Origin: Octopus bimaculoides
Lineage: Eukaryota
Direction of reading: 5' to 3'
DNA: 32,134 bases
NCBI RefSeq assembly: GCF_001194135.2
Contig: NC_069005.1
Span: 27,539,518 to 27,571,651 of the forward strand
The notes beneath the pieces are model-generated. The model was not told the origin of the DNA. It was given only the letters and a program-made list of their open reading frames with translations, and made no database searches. Below, in pieces: positions 1-9,659 of this stretch. Each line of letters opens with the position of its first letter. The stretch's first letter is position 1. The position numbers and the translations under genes are program-made.

Positions 1-379
1 CTCATTCTCCAACTTCCTCATTTTCTCACTCTCATATTCTCCGACTCCCTCATCCTCCGACTCCCTCATTAATAAAAAAATAAACAAACAAAGAAGCACA
101 GACAAACAACAAACAACAAGCAACGTAATAACCTTTGTACATTACCGGTGCATAAAAACCCAAAAGCATTTCAAGAGAAACAAGTTAAAGAATTAATAAG
201 AATCATAGAATCATAAGAGTATGTTCTTACCACAAAAGATGTTGACTACTGTGTGAGGGATGCTGGTGGAATGAGCGTTACTAGGGAAATAAAGGATAAT
301 ATTTCCCATCAGCTTGAGGAGTGTAGAACGTATCCAAAGTGGTTTGTCATTTATAAGGCATCGTCTCTTCGTACTGTTC

Positions 380-823
380 AGCGCAGGAACTGAGCTCATT
401 GTAAACTCTTCTCGTAAGTTTTATATTACGTTCACGACCAGGATCATTATCAAGCAAAAACTCGCAAGCCTTCCTGTATAAGTGCCAATCCTTTAGCAAT
501 AATTTTTGAAGTCAATTTAAGTGGTGTAGATTGAAACTTCAGTCGTTTCATCTGTATTCTCAGTTTGTTCATTTCCTCACAACATCATCTTCTTGTTAGA
601 TAAACTTTCTCCCTGGGACACTAGCAACTCAATAAAATCATCCACCCCCCATGACTTCTTCAAATCCTACACCCTTTGCAAGTGTCACAATCTCTTTGCG
701 AATTTGATGTAGACTTCCTACTGAAAGAGAACTTGTAATGTCAGGAATACGGTCTGGTCATATATTTTCCCACGTACTATTCAAAGCTGAAGGTTTCACT
801 TCATCCCGAAGCTATATTATCTA
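380..823 (-). mobile_element. Degenerate Tigger/pogo transposase, C-terminal part
   Basis: Minus-strand translation across stops and frameshifts gives DNIASG*/EVKPSALNSTWENI*P...IRKEIVTLAKGVGFEEV...DDFIELLVSQGESLSN...KLTSKIIAKGLALIQEGL...DNDPGRER, typical of the Tigger/TIGD1-like C-terminus. Confidence 0.7.
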
Positions 824-1258
824 CAGCATAAGGCTGGCTGGCAGAAACGTTAGCACGCCGGGCGAAATGTTTAGCGGTATTTCGTCTGCCGCTACGTTCC
901 GAGTTCAAATTCCGCTGAGGGTCGACTTTGCTTTTCATCCTTTCGGGGTCGATTAAATAAGTACCAGTTACGCACTGAGGTCGATATAATCGACTTAATC
1001 CCTTTGTCTGTCCTTGTTTGTCCCCTCTATGTTTAGCCCCTTGTGGGCAATAAAGAAATAAGAAACGTTAGCACGCCGAGCGAAATGTTTCGCGGTATTT
1101 CGTCTGTCTTTACGTTCTGAGGTCAGATTCCGCCGAGGTCCACTTTGCCTTTCATCCTTTCGGGGGACAGATAAATTAAGTACTAGTTGCGTACTGGGGT
1201 CGATCAAATTGACTTCCCCCTCCCCCAAAATTTCGGGCCTTGCGCCTAGAGTAGAAAA
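824..1258 (+). mobile_element. Dimeric tRNA-derived SINE (family B), inserted in the Tigger remnant
   Basis: Two tandem family-B monomers (head ctggcagaaacgttagcacgccgggcg, B-box gagttcaaattcc), junction near 1061. The pair is enclosed by the 12-bp direct repeat CTATATTATCTA at 812-823 and 1259-1270. Confidence 0.85.
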
Positions 1259-1270
1259 CTATATTATCTA

Positions 1271-1470
1271 GAACATCCATTATGTTGAATTACTTCTAGA
1301 AATCTCTAACATTAGGTTTATCTTCCCTGTCAGTTGCTTCGATAAATTGTTTGGATGTTCTCCTCATATAATATACCTTGAAGTTAGCTATCACATCTTG
1401 ATCGACTTGGATCTAGGTTAGAAACCGGTTCTTTCTGTATTGGCAAGAAATCTTGAAATACAACTGAATA
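1271..1470 (-). mobile_element. Degenerate Tigger/pogo transposase, DDD-domain part
   Basis: Minus strand reads DQDVIANFKVYYMRRTSKQFIEATDREDKPNVRDF*K*FNIMDVLDNI, resembling the pogo motif MDQGVIxxFKxYY. It joins the 380-823 piece once the SINE and one TSD copy are removed. Confidence 0.7.
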
Positions 1471-1769
1471 ACGGCATACACACACATTATGTACATTATA
1501 GATACGAGTGTATGTGTGTACATGTATGTATGTATGTATGTATGTGTATGTATGTATGTGTGTGTGTGTGTGTGTACGTATGTATGTAAGGCGATGATAG
1601 TTTTTCAAATCGTTAAGTATATACTTTCATCATAACTAAAACGCAAGTGGCCATTGAGATGAAAATGAAGTATAGTTTTAAATTGCTAACAATTTAAAAC
1701 TACGCGAACGGGTTTTCGGAAGAGCGTAATTACGTGACGTATCCCGAAACTAATAGTCAAACTTTACAG

Positions 1770-1827
1770 TGTCCGTAAGCGCGAAATGCCGTAACCCAAG
1801 ACAGCCGTAACGCGGGGGATGCCTCTG
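1770..1827 (-). mobile_element. Probable Tigger-type terminal inverted repeat (5' end)
   Basis: Reverse complement starts CAGAGGCATCCCCCGCGTTACGG, a Tigger-like terminus, upstream of the transposase remnant. The partner TIR is not found. Confidence 0.45.
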
Positions 1828-1923
1828 TGCGCACGCGCGCGTCTGTGTATGTATGTAAGTATGTATGTATCTGTGCGTGTGGGTTTTTCTGCCACCAGCA
1901 CTTGACAATTGGTGTTGGTTTGA

Positions 1924-2135
1924 AGGTGGTGAGCTGGCAGAAACGTTAGCACGCCGGGCGAAATGCTTAGCGGTATTGCGTCTTTCCGTTCTGAGTTCAA
2001 ATTCCGCCGAGGTCGACTTTGCCTTTCATCCTTTTGGGGTCGATAAATTAAATACCAGCTGCGTAGTGGGTCGATCTAATTGACTAGCCACCCCTCCCCC
2101 CCAAATTCCAGGCCTTGTACCTCGAGTAGAAAAGA
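1924..2135 (+). mobile_element. tRNA-derived SINE, family B monomer
   Basis: aggtggtgagctggcagaaacgttagc head, B-box, gcctttcatccttttggggtcgataaatt core, gagtagaaaag tail. Confidence 0.85.
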
Positions 2136-2307
2136 AAGAGGTATGTAAAAGATAATTTATTTTAATAGCATACTTTTTTGGTGCTGGGAATGTTTTTTCT
2201 TACGCATACGAACACACACACACACACACACACACGGTCTCACTTTGTTCGTTGGGTGTAAAAATTTAAATTACCATTTTGTTTTCGTTTTGTTGCTTAT
2301 AATGATA

Positions 2308-2648
2308 CTTTTTGGTTATCTCACCACCCCTATTAAAAAATTGGGTTATCACCCCACAACTAAAATAAATTGTTTAACCCTCAATAAAATCATTAAAAAA
2401 ATGAAAAAAATTAATAAACATCAAAGCGAAAAGATTAAACGTCTTGTTGAATCTGATAATATTTTTATAACAAATCATACCGTTCCTATTGAGAAGGCCA
2501 AAAGTCAGTAATGTGTTGAAGTATCGAATCAAAAAGATCTAACTCTTTTGATCCAATCTCTTGTCGCCACATTAACTCAATTTTTTAGTGGGGAGGTACC
2601 CAATTTTTTAATGGAAATTCTTTTAATGGGGGTAAGATAACCAAAAGG
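2308..2648. repeat. MITE-like segment with imperfect inverted repeats
   Basis: attaaaaaattgggt (2332-2346) is the exact reverse complement of acccaattttttaat (2598-2612). ctttttggttatct (2308-2321) is an imperfect partner of agataaccaaaagg (about 2635-2648). Confidence 0.45.
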
Positions 2649-2788
2649 TCCCCAATATTTTACCCAGCATCCAACAATTATAACCCACACGTGGGGTTAC
2701 TTCCGCATCATCATTCCAAAAAATGCGTTTATGGAGAGAAAAGTATTCTTTTCTACTATAGGCACAAGGCCTGAAATTTTGGGAGAGG

Positions 2789-2938
2789 GAGTTTCCGTCT
2801 ACCAAATCCACTCACAAGGCTTTGGTCGGCCCGAGACTATAGCATAAGACACTTGTCCAAGGTGCCACGCAGTGGGACTGAACCCGGAACCATGTGGTTG
2901 GTAGGCAAGCTACTTACCACACAGCCACTCCTGCGCCT
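2789..2938 (-). mobile_element. SINE family A, tRNA head and 5' body
   Basis: Reverse complement aggcgcaggagtggctgtgtgg (A-box) ... ggttcagtccc (B-box) ... ccttggacaagtgtctt. Confidence 0.85.

Positions 2939-3008
<70 letters not shown>
2939..3008. repeat. (AGAT)n microsatellite
   Basis: Direct reading. Confidence 0.95.
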
Positions 3009-3009
<1 letters not shown>

Positions 3010-3010
<1 letters not shown>

Positions 3011-3180
3011 CGTGGCCATGTTGAGGCACCGTCCTGAAAGATTTTAGTCGAACAAATTAAACGCAGTACTTAGTACTTTGTTATCTTTTTAAAGCCTGGT
3101 ACATATGCTATCGAATTCTTTTTTGCGCGAACTGCAAGATTACGGATCCGTAAAGAGGCCAACACCAGTCGTCAAGCCTT
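3010..3180 (-). mobile_element. SINE family A, degraded 3' half
   Basis: Reverse complement matches the family-A 3' body seen at 6810-7048 (cttgacgactggtgttgg ... gtaccaggcttta ... cctcaacatggccacg). Confidence 0.65.
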
Positions 3181-3379
3181 GCTAGGGAACAAACACAAAC
3201 ATGCACGCGCACACACACACACATGCATTGGGTGTGTGATTGCACGTCTGTGAACACATATTAATGGCGTATGAACACATACATAATTTGATTGCCTGTT
3301 TGTGAATAGCATAGGAATATCGATTTATATACTTCATCTTTTGATCGTTAACCTCTACTCTCTGCCTCTCCGTACTCAC

Positions 3380-3472
3380 CTGTGACTCTTGCGGTATATG
3401 CTTCCTACTACCTCCTCGTCTCCGTCTTCGACTGTCGCAATATCGGCGAACATATGGTCGACATATTGATAA
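3380..3472 (-). CDS. Candidate internal exon (93 nt, phase 2-2) of an unidentified minus-strand gene: YQYVDHMFADIATVEDGDEEVVGSIYRKSH
   Basis: Consensus donor CAG|GTGAGT (3374-3379). TAG acceptor (3473-3474) downstream of a (CT)n pyrimidine tract. Open frame, non-repetitive and GC-richer than the flanks. Product not recognised. Confidence 0.55.
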
Positions 3473-3544
3473 CTACGCACCGATGATGACCATGGCAACA
3501 AAAGGGAGAGAGAGAGAGAGAGAGAGAGGGACTCAGATTGAGGC

Positions 3545-3726
3545 TGGAAATGACAACCAAATCTCCCTCAAATCGCCGGTGACTTGTCTTGGTGGAGGGA
3601 AGAAGCACACTTGTAATAATGTAGTCCTAGATGCACCGTGTGATGAATAAAAACGACGGGCTCATTGCTGCTTGAATGTCTTCTGTATGAAGTGTAAACT
3701 CAACCAGATGAACAGACCTGGGGTTA
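3545..3726 (+). repeat. Interspersed repeat family F (aaatagcagccaaatctccctcaaatc...), degraded copy
   Basis: Shares ordered motifs with 9010-9165 (+) and 16318-16490 (-). Fragments also at about 3850-3905, 16165-16195 and 16663-16700. Confidence 0.6.
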
Positions 3727-3961
3727 AAAAATAGCAACAACAACAATAACCATGGTAACTGCAACAACAAATAGTAGCAGCTACAGTAACAACGACAACA
3801 ACAACAACAGCAATAATACACTACATGAATCAACGAGGTAGCACGATCTACGAGAAATAGCAGCTAAATATCTTTAAGGTCGCCGTCCACTCACTGTCCT
3901 GGAAGGCGGCAACATACATTAAATAATGAAGTTTTAGATATAAATAAAACAAACAAAACAA

Positions 3962-4154
3962 TACAGTTCTATATTTAAGAGATGAAGAATTACGTACATT
4001 ATTTACATTATTTACATTATTTACATTTGACGGATATTTGTCCTCATTTTGTTTGTTGTTAACACAACATTTCGGCTGATATACCCTCCAGCCTTCATCA
4101 GGTGTCTTGGGGGAAATTTCGAACCTGGGTTCTCATTCCTAAGGTATTTTTCGA

Positions 4155-4155
<1 letters not shown>
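3962..4155 (-). mobile_element. Penelope-like element fragment (pLTR-type sequence)
   Basis: Contains cctgatgaaggctg...cagccgaaa on the minus strand, the hammerhead signature known from Penelope-like pLTRs. No ORF present, so the class assignment is inferred. Confidence 0.5.
4061..4106 (-). ncRNA. Minimal type I hammerhead ribozyme motif
   Basis: Minus strand: GACAC-CUGAUGA-A-GGCUG-gaggguauau-CAGCC-GAAA-UGUU-GUGUU. Stem I GACAC/GUGUU, stem II GGCUG/CAGCC, core intact with an extra A after A9, loopless stem III. Confidence 0.7.
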
Positions 4156-4156
<1 letters not shown>

Positions 4157-4236
<80 letters not shown>

Positions 4237-4237
4237 A
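4157..4237. repeat. (ATT)n microsatellite
   Basis: Direct reading. It is the source of the poly-L and poly-I ORFs. Confidence 0.95.
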
Positions 4238-4255
4238 TATATGCATGTATGTATA

Positions 4256-4463
4256 TATTTGTGTTTTTATGTCTGCCCTCCCCACCATCGCTTGACAACC
4301 GATGTTGGTGTGACACGTCCTCGTAACTTAGCGGTTGGGTAAAGAGACCGATAGATTAAGTACCAGGCTTACAAAGAATAAGTCCAGGGGTCGATTTCTT
4401 CGACTAAAAAGGCAGTGCTCCAGTATGGCCACAGACAAAATGACTGAAACAAGTAAAAGAATA
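4256..4463 (+). mobile_element. SINE family A, 3' half
   Basis: catcgcttgacaaccgatg ... gcttacaaagaataagtcc ... gactgaaacaagtaaaaga. Confidence 0.85.
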
Positions 4464-4467
4464 TATA

Positions 4468-4629
4468 TACGACGGGATTGTCTCAGTTGCCGTTTAACAA
4501 ATCCACTCACATGGATCGGCCCAAGGCTATAAGCAAAAGACACTTACTCAAGATGCCACGAGGTGGGACTGAACCCGGAACCATGGGGTTGGTAAACAAG
4601 CTTCTTACCACACAGCCACGACTGCACCT
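4468..4629 (-). mobile_element. SINE family A, 5' half
   Basis: Reverse complement of the A-box/B-box head and body. Confidence 0.8.
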
Positions 4630-4634
4630 GTATA

Positions 4635-5554
4635 TCTACTACATATGTGGAAAATTCTGTCGGTGGACGTGTTTGTTTGTGGGGTTATTATCTAACCCCT
4701 CTTACATCATTTTATCGATTTTTATGAAACTTGACACGTGAGTAGAACTCATGTCTGGAAACCTCGTGACATACTTAGATTGTTGAAAAAAATCGATAAT
4801 AGGGTCCCTGGAAGGGATCCATATATCTACTGCATATAACAAATATATTTCATTTAAACATCCAAGGGAAATAGCCCGTTCGCTCCTGGAAGGGATCCTT
4901 AATATAGCCAAGGGAAATAACCCATTCATCTTCGTTAATTGTTTGGTATAAATCAAACTGCGTATACTTATTTCTTAGTATTTGAAGCGTTAGAGTTATT
5001 TTCGCAATTTATCCAGTACAACGCTTAAACAAGTAAATAGTATTTTCCTAAACGATAGATCCACTTATTTTGGTTAATGACTTATTCACGAATATACCAA
5101 CACTAGCGCCGCTGAGGGTAATATTCTTTGGGAACGCACAAAAGCCCTTTTCAGAGTTATTTACTATGAATTGTCATTATCTCATATCTGATTAGCCTGT
5201 TATTACTTAACATGCTTCACGATTTTAGTATACATACTTTATTAGTATTACCTCCTAAGTTCTATAAACTCTGGAAACGTATTAAAGCCCTTTTCGAGGC
5301 TACTTTATTTGAATTCTTAGTATCGGGTAACTAATTTCATGTTATAACATAACTGACTTCACAATTTAGGTATTCATAACTTATTAGGAAGTCCTAAGAC
5401 AAGATCATGTGTAAGACTGTTCGGTATCCTATATAAATGCACAAAAGCCGTTTTAAGGGCTACATACTTTGTATTGTTGTTAGCGAAACAATTTTGAGAA
5501 CGGAACAAAGGGATAAGCCCCGCTTTCCCGGGAATTACCGGGTATGTCAGCTAG
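4635..5554 (+). mobile_element. Non-autonomous Helitron (920 bp)
   Basis: 5' A|TC start (tctactacatatg). 3' CTAG|T end (5551-5554) preceded by hairpin cccgg-gaatta-ccggg (5527-5542). No TSD. The 5' region atcgatttttatgaaacttgacac resembles non-autonomous Helitron heads. Confidence 0.7.
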
Positions 5555-5570
5555 TATATATATATATATA

Positions 5571-5861
5571 TAGTGGCTGTGTGGTAAGTAGCTTGCTTAC
5601 GAACCACATGGTTCCGGGTTCAGTCCCACTGCGTGGCACCTTGGGCAAGTGTCTTCTACTATAGCCTCGGGCCGACCAAAGCCTTGTGAGTGGATTTGGT
5701 AGACGGAAACTGAAAGAAGCCCGTCGTATATATGTATATATATATGTGTATGTGTGTATATGTTGTGTATCTGTGTTTGTCCCCCCAACATCGCTTGACA
5801 ACCGATGCTGGTGTGCTTAGGTCTCCGTAACTTAGCGGTTCGGCAAAAAGAGACCGATAGA
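5571..5861 (+). mobile_element. SINE family A (runs into gap)
   Basis: A-box tggctgtgtgg, B-box ggttcagtccc, internal (TA)/(TG) tract, 3' body. Confidence 0.9.
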
Positions 5862-5990
5862 NNNNNNNNNNNNNNNNNNNNNNNNNNNNNNNNNNNNNNN
5901 NNNNNNNNNNNNNNNNNNNNNNNNNNNNNNNNNNNNNNNNNNNNNNNNNNNNNNNNNNNNNNNNNNNNNNNNNNNNNNNNNNNNNNNNNN

Positions 5991-6019
<29 letters not shown>

Positions 6020-6023
<4 letters not shown>

Positions 6024-6320
6024 GAGCGTCGGGCTCACAATCGCGAGGTAGTGAGTTCAATTCCCAGACCGGACTGTGTGTTGTGTTCTTGTTGCTCCAA
6101 TTCACTCAGCTGTAGAAATGAGTTGCAACGTTACTGGTGCCAAGCTATATCGGTCCCTTTGCCTTTTCCTTGGATAACATCGGTGGTATGGAGAGGGGAG
6201 GCTGGTATGCATGGCCGACTGCTTATCTTCCAAAAACAACCTTGCCCGGACTTGTGTCGCGGAGGGTAATTTTCGAGGTGTAATCCCATGGTTATTCATG
6301 ACCGAAAGGAGGCTTTTACC
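6020..6320 (+). mobile_element. tRNA-derived SINE, 5'-clipped by gap (related to the family E body)
   Basis: B-box gagttcaattccc followed by ttgtgttcttg...ctccaattcactcagctg, as in the family-E copies. Confidence 0.6.
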
Positions 6321-6596
6321 AACCAGCTCTGTATATATTAATGGCATATACACATATATAATGTGATCGTGTATTCATGTATAATGTATTGATATCGACT
6401 TTTTTTTTCCAAGAATTTTTTCCCAAACTGTGACCCGATTATAATCGAGGTTGCTAATAAAATATCTCGTTAATTTTCACTGTTTAACAATCAATATATT
6501 TTTCTCTGTTGGATTCTAAGTAAATTTTTTCCCCACACTAATATCTAATTTGATAATTTTCGATTTTCTAAAAAATTAAAAGTAAGTAAATATTAT

Positions 6597-7048
6597 AGGC
6601 GCAGGAGTGGCTGTGTGGTAAGTAGCTTGCTTACCAACCACATGGTTCCGGGTTCAGTCCTACTGTGTGGCATCTTGGGCAAGTGTCCTCTACTATAGCC
6701 TCGGGCCGACCAAAGCCTTGTGAGTGGATTTGGTAGACGGAAACTGAAAGAAGCCCGTCGTATATATGTATATATATATATGTTTGTGTATATGTTTGTG
6801 TGTCTGTGATTGTCCACCTTGCATTGCTTGATAACCGATGCTGGTGTGTATATGTCCCCGTAACTTAGCGGTTCGGCAAAGAGACCGATAGAATAAGTAC
6901 TAGGCTTACAAAGAATAAGTCCTGGGGTCGATTTGCTCGACTAAANNNNNNNNNNGAATAAGTCCTGGGGTCGATTTGCTCGACTAAAGGCGGTGCTCCA
7001 GCATGGCCGCAGTCAAATCACTGAAACAAGTAAAAGAGTAAAAGAGTA
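6597..7048 (+). mobile_element. Near full-length SINE family A
   Basis: Complete head, internal microsatellite, 3' body and (taaaagag)n tail. A 10-N gap is flanked by a short duplicated stretch. Confidence 0.92.
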
Positions 7049-7346
7049 ACTGATTAAGACTATATATTTTGTTTCATTATTTTGTTTCTAGTATTTAAAT
7101 AAAATGTAGCTTTTTTTTAGCTACCCCTTTTTTTCTGGCTAAAATTGTGTCTTTTTCCTCAGATACGAAAGAATACTAATTTAAGTCAGGCTCTGTCGGC
7201 ATTTGCAATCAGATTGCAAAGAGATGCAACAAAATGTACCGTGATTACGTCAATCGATAACCTAGAAAGATCACGTGTTTTTCATTAAACGCTTTAACTC
7301 AAAGGTCAGCATGTCCACGATGACTTGGGACGAGTTAACCTTTATA

Positions 7347-7778
7347 TTCTTTTCTACTCTAGGCACAAACCCCGAAATTTTTGGAGAGAGGGCCAGTCGA
7401 TTAGATCGACCTCAGTACGTAACTGTTACTTAATTTATCGACTATGAAAGGACAAAAGGCAAAGCCGACCTCGGCAGAATTTGAACTCAGAACGTAAAGA
7501 CAGACGAAATACCACTAAGCATTTCGCCCGGCGTGCTAACGTTTCTTATTTCTTTATTGCCCACAAGGGGCTAAACATAGAGGGGACAAACAAGGACAGA
7601 CAGAAGGATTAAGTCGATTACATCGACTCCAGTGCGTAACTGGTACTTAATTTATCGAGCCCCGAAAGGATGAAAGGCAAAGTCGACCTCGGCGGAATTT
7701 GAACTCAGAACGTAACGGCAGACGAAACACCGTTAAGCATTTCGCCCAGCGTGCTAACGTTTCTGCCAGCTCGCCGTC
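7347..7778 (-). mobile_element. Dimeric family-B SINE, second copy
   Basis: Same two-monomer order and same junction (aataaagaaataa/gaaacgttagc, about 7545) as 824-1258. Confidence 0.85.
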
Positions 7779-8525
7779 TTTGTCNNNNNNNNNNNNNNNN
7801 NNNNNNNNNNNNNNNNNNNNNNNNNNNNNNNNNNNNNNNNNNNNNNNNNNNNNNNNNNNNNNNNNNNNNNNNNNNNNNNNNNNNNNNNNNNNNNNNNNNN
7901 NNNNNNNNNNNNNNNNNNNNNNNNNNNNNNNNNNNNNNNNNNNNNNNNNNNNNNNNNNNNNNNNNNNNNNNNNNNNNNNNNNNNNNNNNNNNNNNNNNNN
8001 NNNNNNNNNNNNNNNNNNNNNNNNNNNNNNNNNNNNNNNNNNNNNNNNNNNNNNNNNNNNNNNNNNNNNNNNNNNNNNNNNNNNNNNNNNNNNNNNNNNN
8101 NNNNNNNNNNNNNNNNNNNNNNNNNNNNNNNNNNNNNNNNNNNNNNNNNNNNNNNNNNNNNNNNNNNNNNNNNNNNNNNNNNNNNNNNNNNNNNNNNNNN
8201 NNNNNNNNNNNNNNNNNNNNNNNNNNNNNNNNNNNNNNNNNNNNNNNNNNNNNNNNNNNNNNNNNNNNNNNNNNNNNNNNNNNNNNNNNNNNNNNNNNNN
8301 NNNNNNNNNNNNNNNNNNNNNNNNNNNNNNNNNNNNNNNNNNNNNNNNNNNNNNNNNNNNNNNNNNNNNNNNNNNNNNNNNNNNNNNNNNNNNNNNNNNN
8401 NNNNNNNNNNNNNNNNNNNNNNNNNNNNNNNNNNNNNNNNNNNNNNNNNNNNNNNNNNNNNNNNNNNNNNNNNNNNNNNNNNNNNNNNNNNNNNNNNNNN
8501 NNNNNNNNNNNNNNNNNNNNNNNNA

Positions 8526-8712
8526 AGGCGGCAAGCAAGCAGAATCGTTAACACGCCGGACAAAATGCTTAGCAGGATTTCATCCGTCTTTTTGTTCTGA
8601 GTTCAAATTCCACTAAGTTTGACTTTTGCCTTTCGTTCCTTTCGGAGTCGATAAAGTAAGTACCAGTCCTCTCCCACAAAAATCTCAGGCTTTGTACTTA
8701 GAGTAGAAAGAA
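8526..8712 (+). mobile_element. SINE family B monomer, degraded
   Basis: aaggcggcaagcaagcagaatcgtta head, gagttcaaattcc B-box, gagtagaaaga tail. Confidence 0.75.
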
Positions 8713-8802
8713 TTATTCCATTATAAAACTGCTCGATCTGAACTGACATAATAGGAACACTTAAAGTTTAACATCTCGTCCATTGAGTCTTTCATAAGTT
8801 AC

Positions 8803-8834
8803 CTTCCTTCGTGGACCTTAGCGTGGCGAACCAC
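8803..8834 (-). CDS. Candidate 32-nt exon (VVRHAKVHEG, phase 0-2) of the minus-strand gene
   Basis: Donor AAG|GTAACT (8797-8802). TAG acceptor (8835-8836) with a ccctgac branch-like motif. Phases bridge 10671 and 3472. A stronger upstream acceptor (8918-8919) gives a 115-nt exon closed in all frames, so coding status is uncertain. Confidence 0.3.
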
Positions 8835-9009
8835 CTAAGTCAGGAATTGTCAGGGCGAGGCTTTAGGTTTTCGGGGCAATGATGTCACCCTTGTGTGATT
8901 CCTGTATTGTTGGAATGCTGAATGAGAATATCAATCGTGTTAGTGAAACTTCGCAATTCTCTGGTTCGGAAAGCACTGCATAAGGGTCTAACTTTCTTTT
9001 AATCGATCG

Positions 9010-9165
9010 CTCAATCTGCTAAAAACAGCTGCCAAATTCCCTTAAATCACAACCTGCTATATTAAAAAGGGAAGGGCATTTTTTGAGAATGTAGTTCCTT
9101 GATACACAAAGATACTGGACGGTCACAGCTAGAATGCCTTTAATTATGTCTGTTTAATTAGGGCT
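9010..9165 (+). repeat. Interspersed repeat family F
   Basis: Reverse-complement similarity to 16318-16490 (attaaaggcattc, cttcccttt, tttggc(a/t)gct). Confidence 0.6.
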
Positions 9166-9203
9166 ATGTATGTACGTATGTATGTATGTATGTATGTATG
9201 TGT

Positions 9204-9464
9204 GGAGGTGCAATGGCCCAGTGGTTAGGGCAGCGGACTCGCTGTCATACGATCGCGGTTTCGATTCCCAGACCGGGCGTTGTGAGTGTTTATTGAGCGA
9301 AAATACCTAATGCTTCACGAGGCTCCGGCAGGGGATGGTGGCGAACCCTGCTATACTCTTCCACCACAACTTTCTCTCACTCTTACTTCCTGTTTCTGTT
9401 GTGCCTGTAATTCAAAGGGTCAGCCTTGTCACACTCTGTGTCACGCTGAATATCCCCGAGAACT
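9204..9464 (+). mobile_element. tRNA-derived SINE family C
   Basis: A-box tggcccagtgg, B-box ggtttcgattccc. Body closely matches the reverse complement of 17699-18029. Confidence 0.85.
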
Positions 9465-9659
9465 NNNNNNNNNNTCTATCTATCTATCTATCTATCTCTG
9501 TGTGTGTGTGTGTGTGTGTATGTGTGTGCTCAACTGGTACTTATTTTATCGATCCCGGAAGGAGGATAAACGAAGTCGATCATGGTTGAATTTGAACTTA
9601 AAACGTAAGAGACTATTACCGAATACCGCAAACCATTTTCTCCACCGCTCTTTACAATT

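Noticed and set aside
313-413. Possible + strand exon (catcAG...CTC|GTAAGT) and ORF 211-399
   Set aside because: Overlaps or abuts the Tigger remnant, has no partner exons and gives no recognisable product.
3372-3510. + strand frame resembling a C2H2 finger start (TCDSCGICF...L)
   Set aside because: The zinc-ligand histidines are absent and there is no + strand acceptor. The minus-strand splice signals are stronger.
3637-3717. Possible 81-nt minus-strand exon (SVHLVEFTLHTEDIQ...)
   Set aside because: The acceptor comes from the end of a family-F repeat, the donor (GTGCAT) is weak, and the whole stretch aligns to the repeat.
3895-3898. Apparent 4-nt microexon on the minus strand (ttccAG|GACA|GTGAGT, with upstream UGC)
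   Set aside because: It lies in a degraded family-F repeat fragment, is not frame-preserving and is not needed for the exon chain. Likely chance, though a junction search would be cheap.
5571-5650. tRNA-like sequences (A/B boxes) here and at other SINE heads
   Set aside because: No complete cloverleaf. Each continues into a SINE body, so these are not tRNA genes.
7161-7290. + strand acceptor (ttttcctcAG) followed by a 41-codon open frame
   Set aside because: No good donor, no partner exons, no recognisable protein.
7647-8616. Long ORFs here and at other N-runs (13344-13685, 20192-20605, 22092-22960, 23521-24366, 25114-25888)
   Set aside because: They consist of X residues from assembly gaps plus microsatellite translations.
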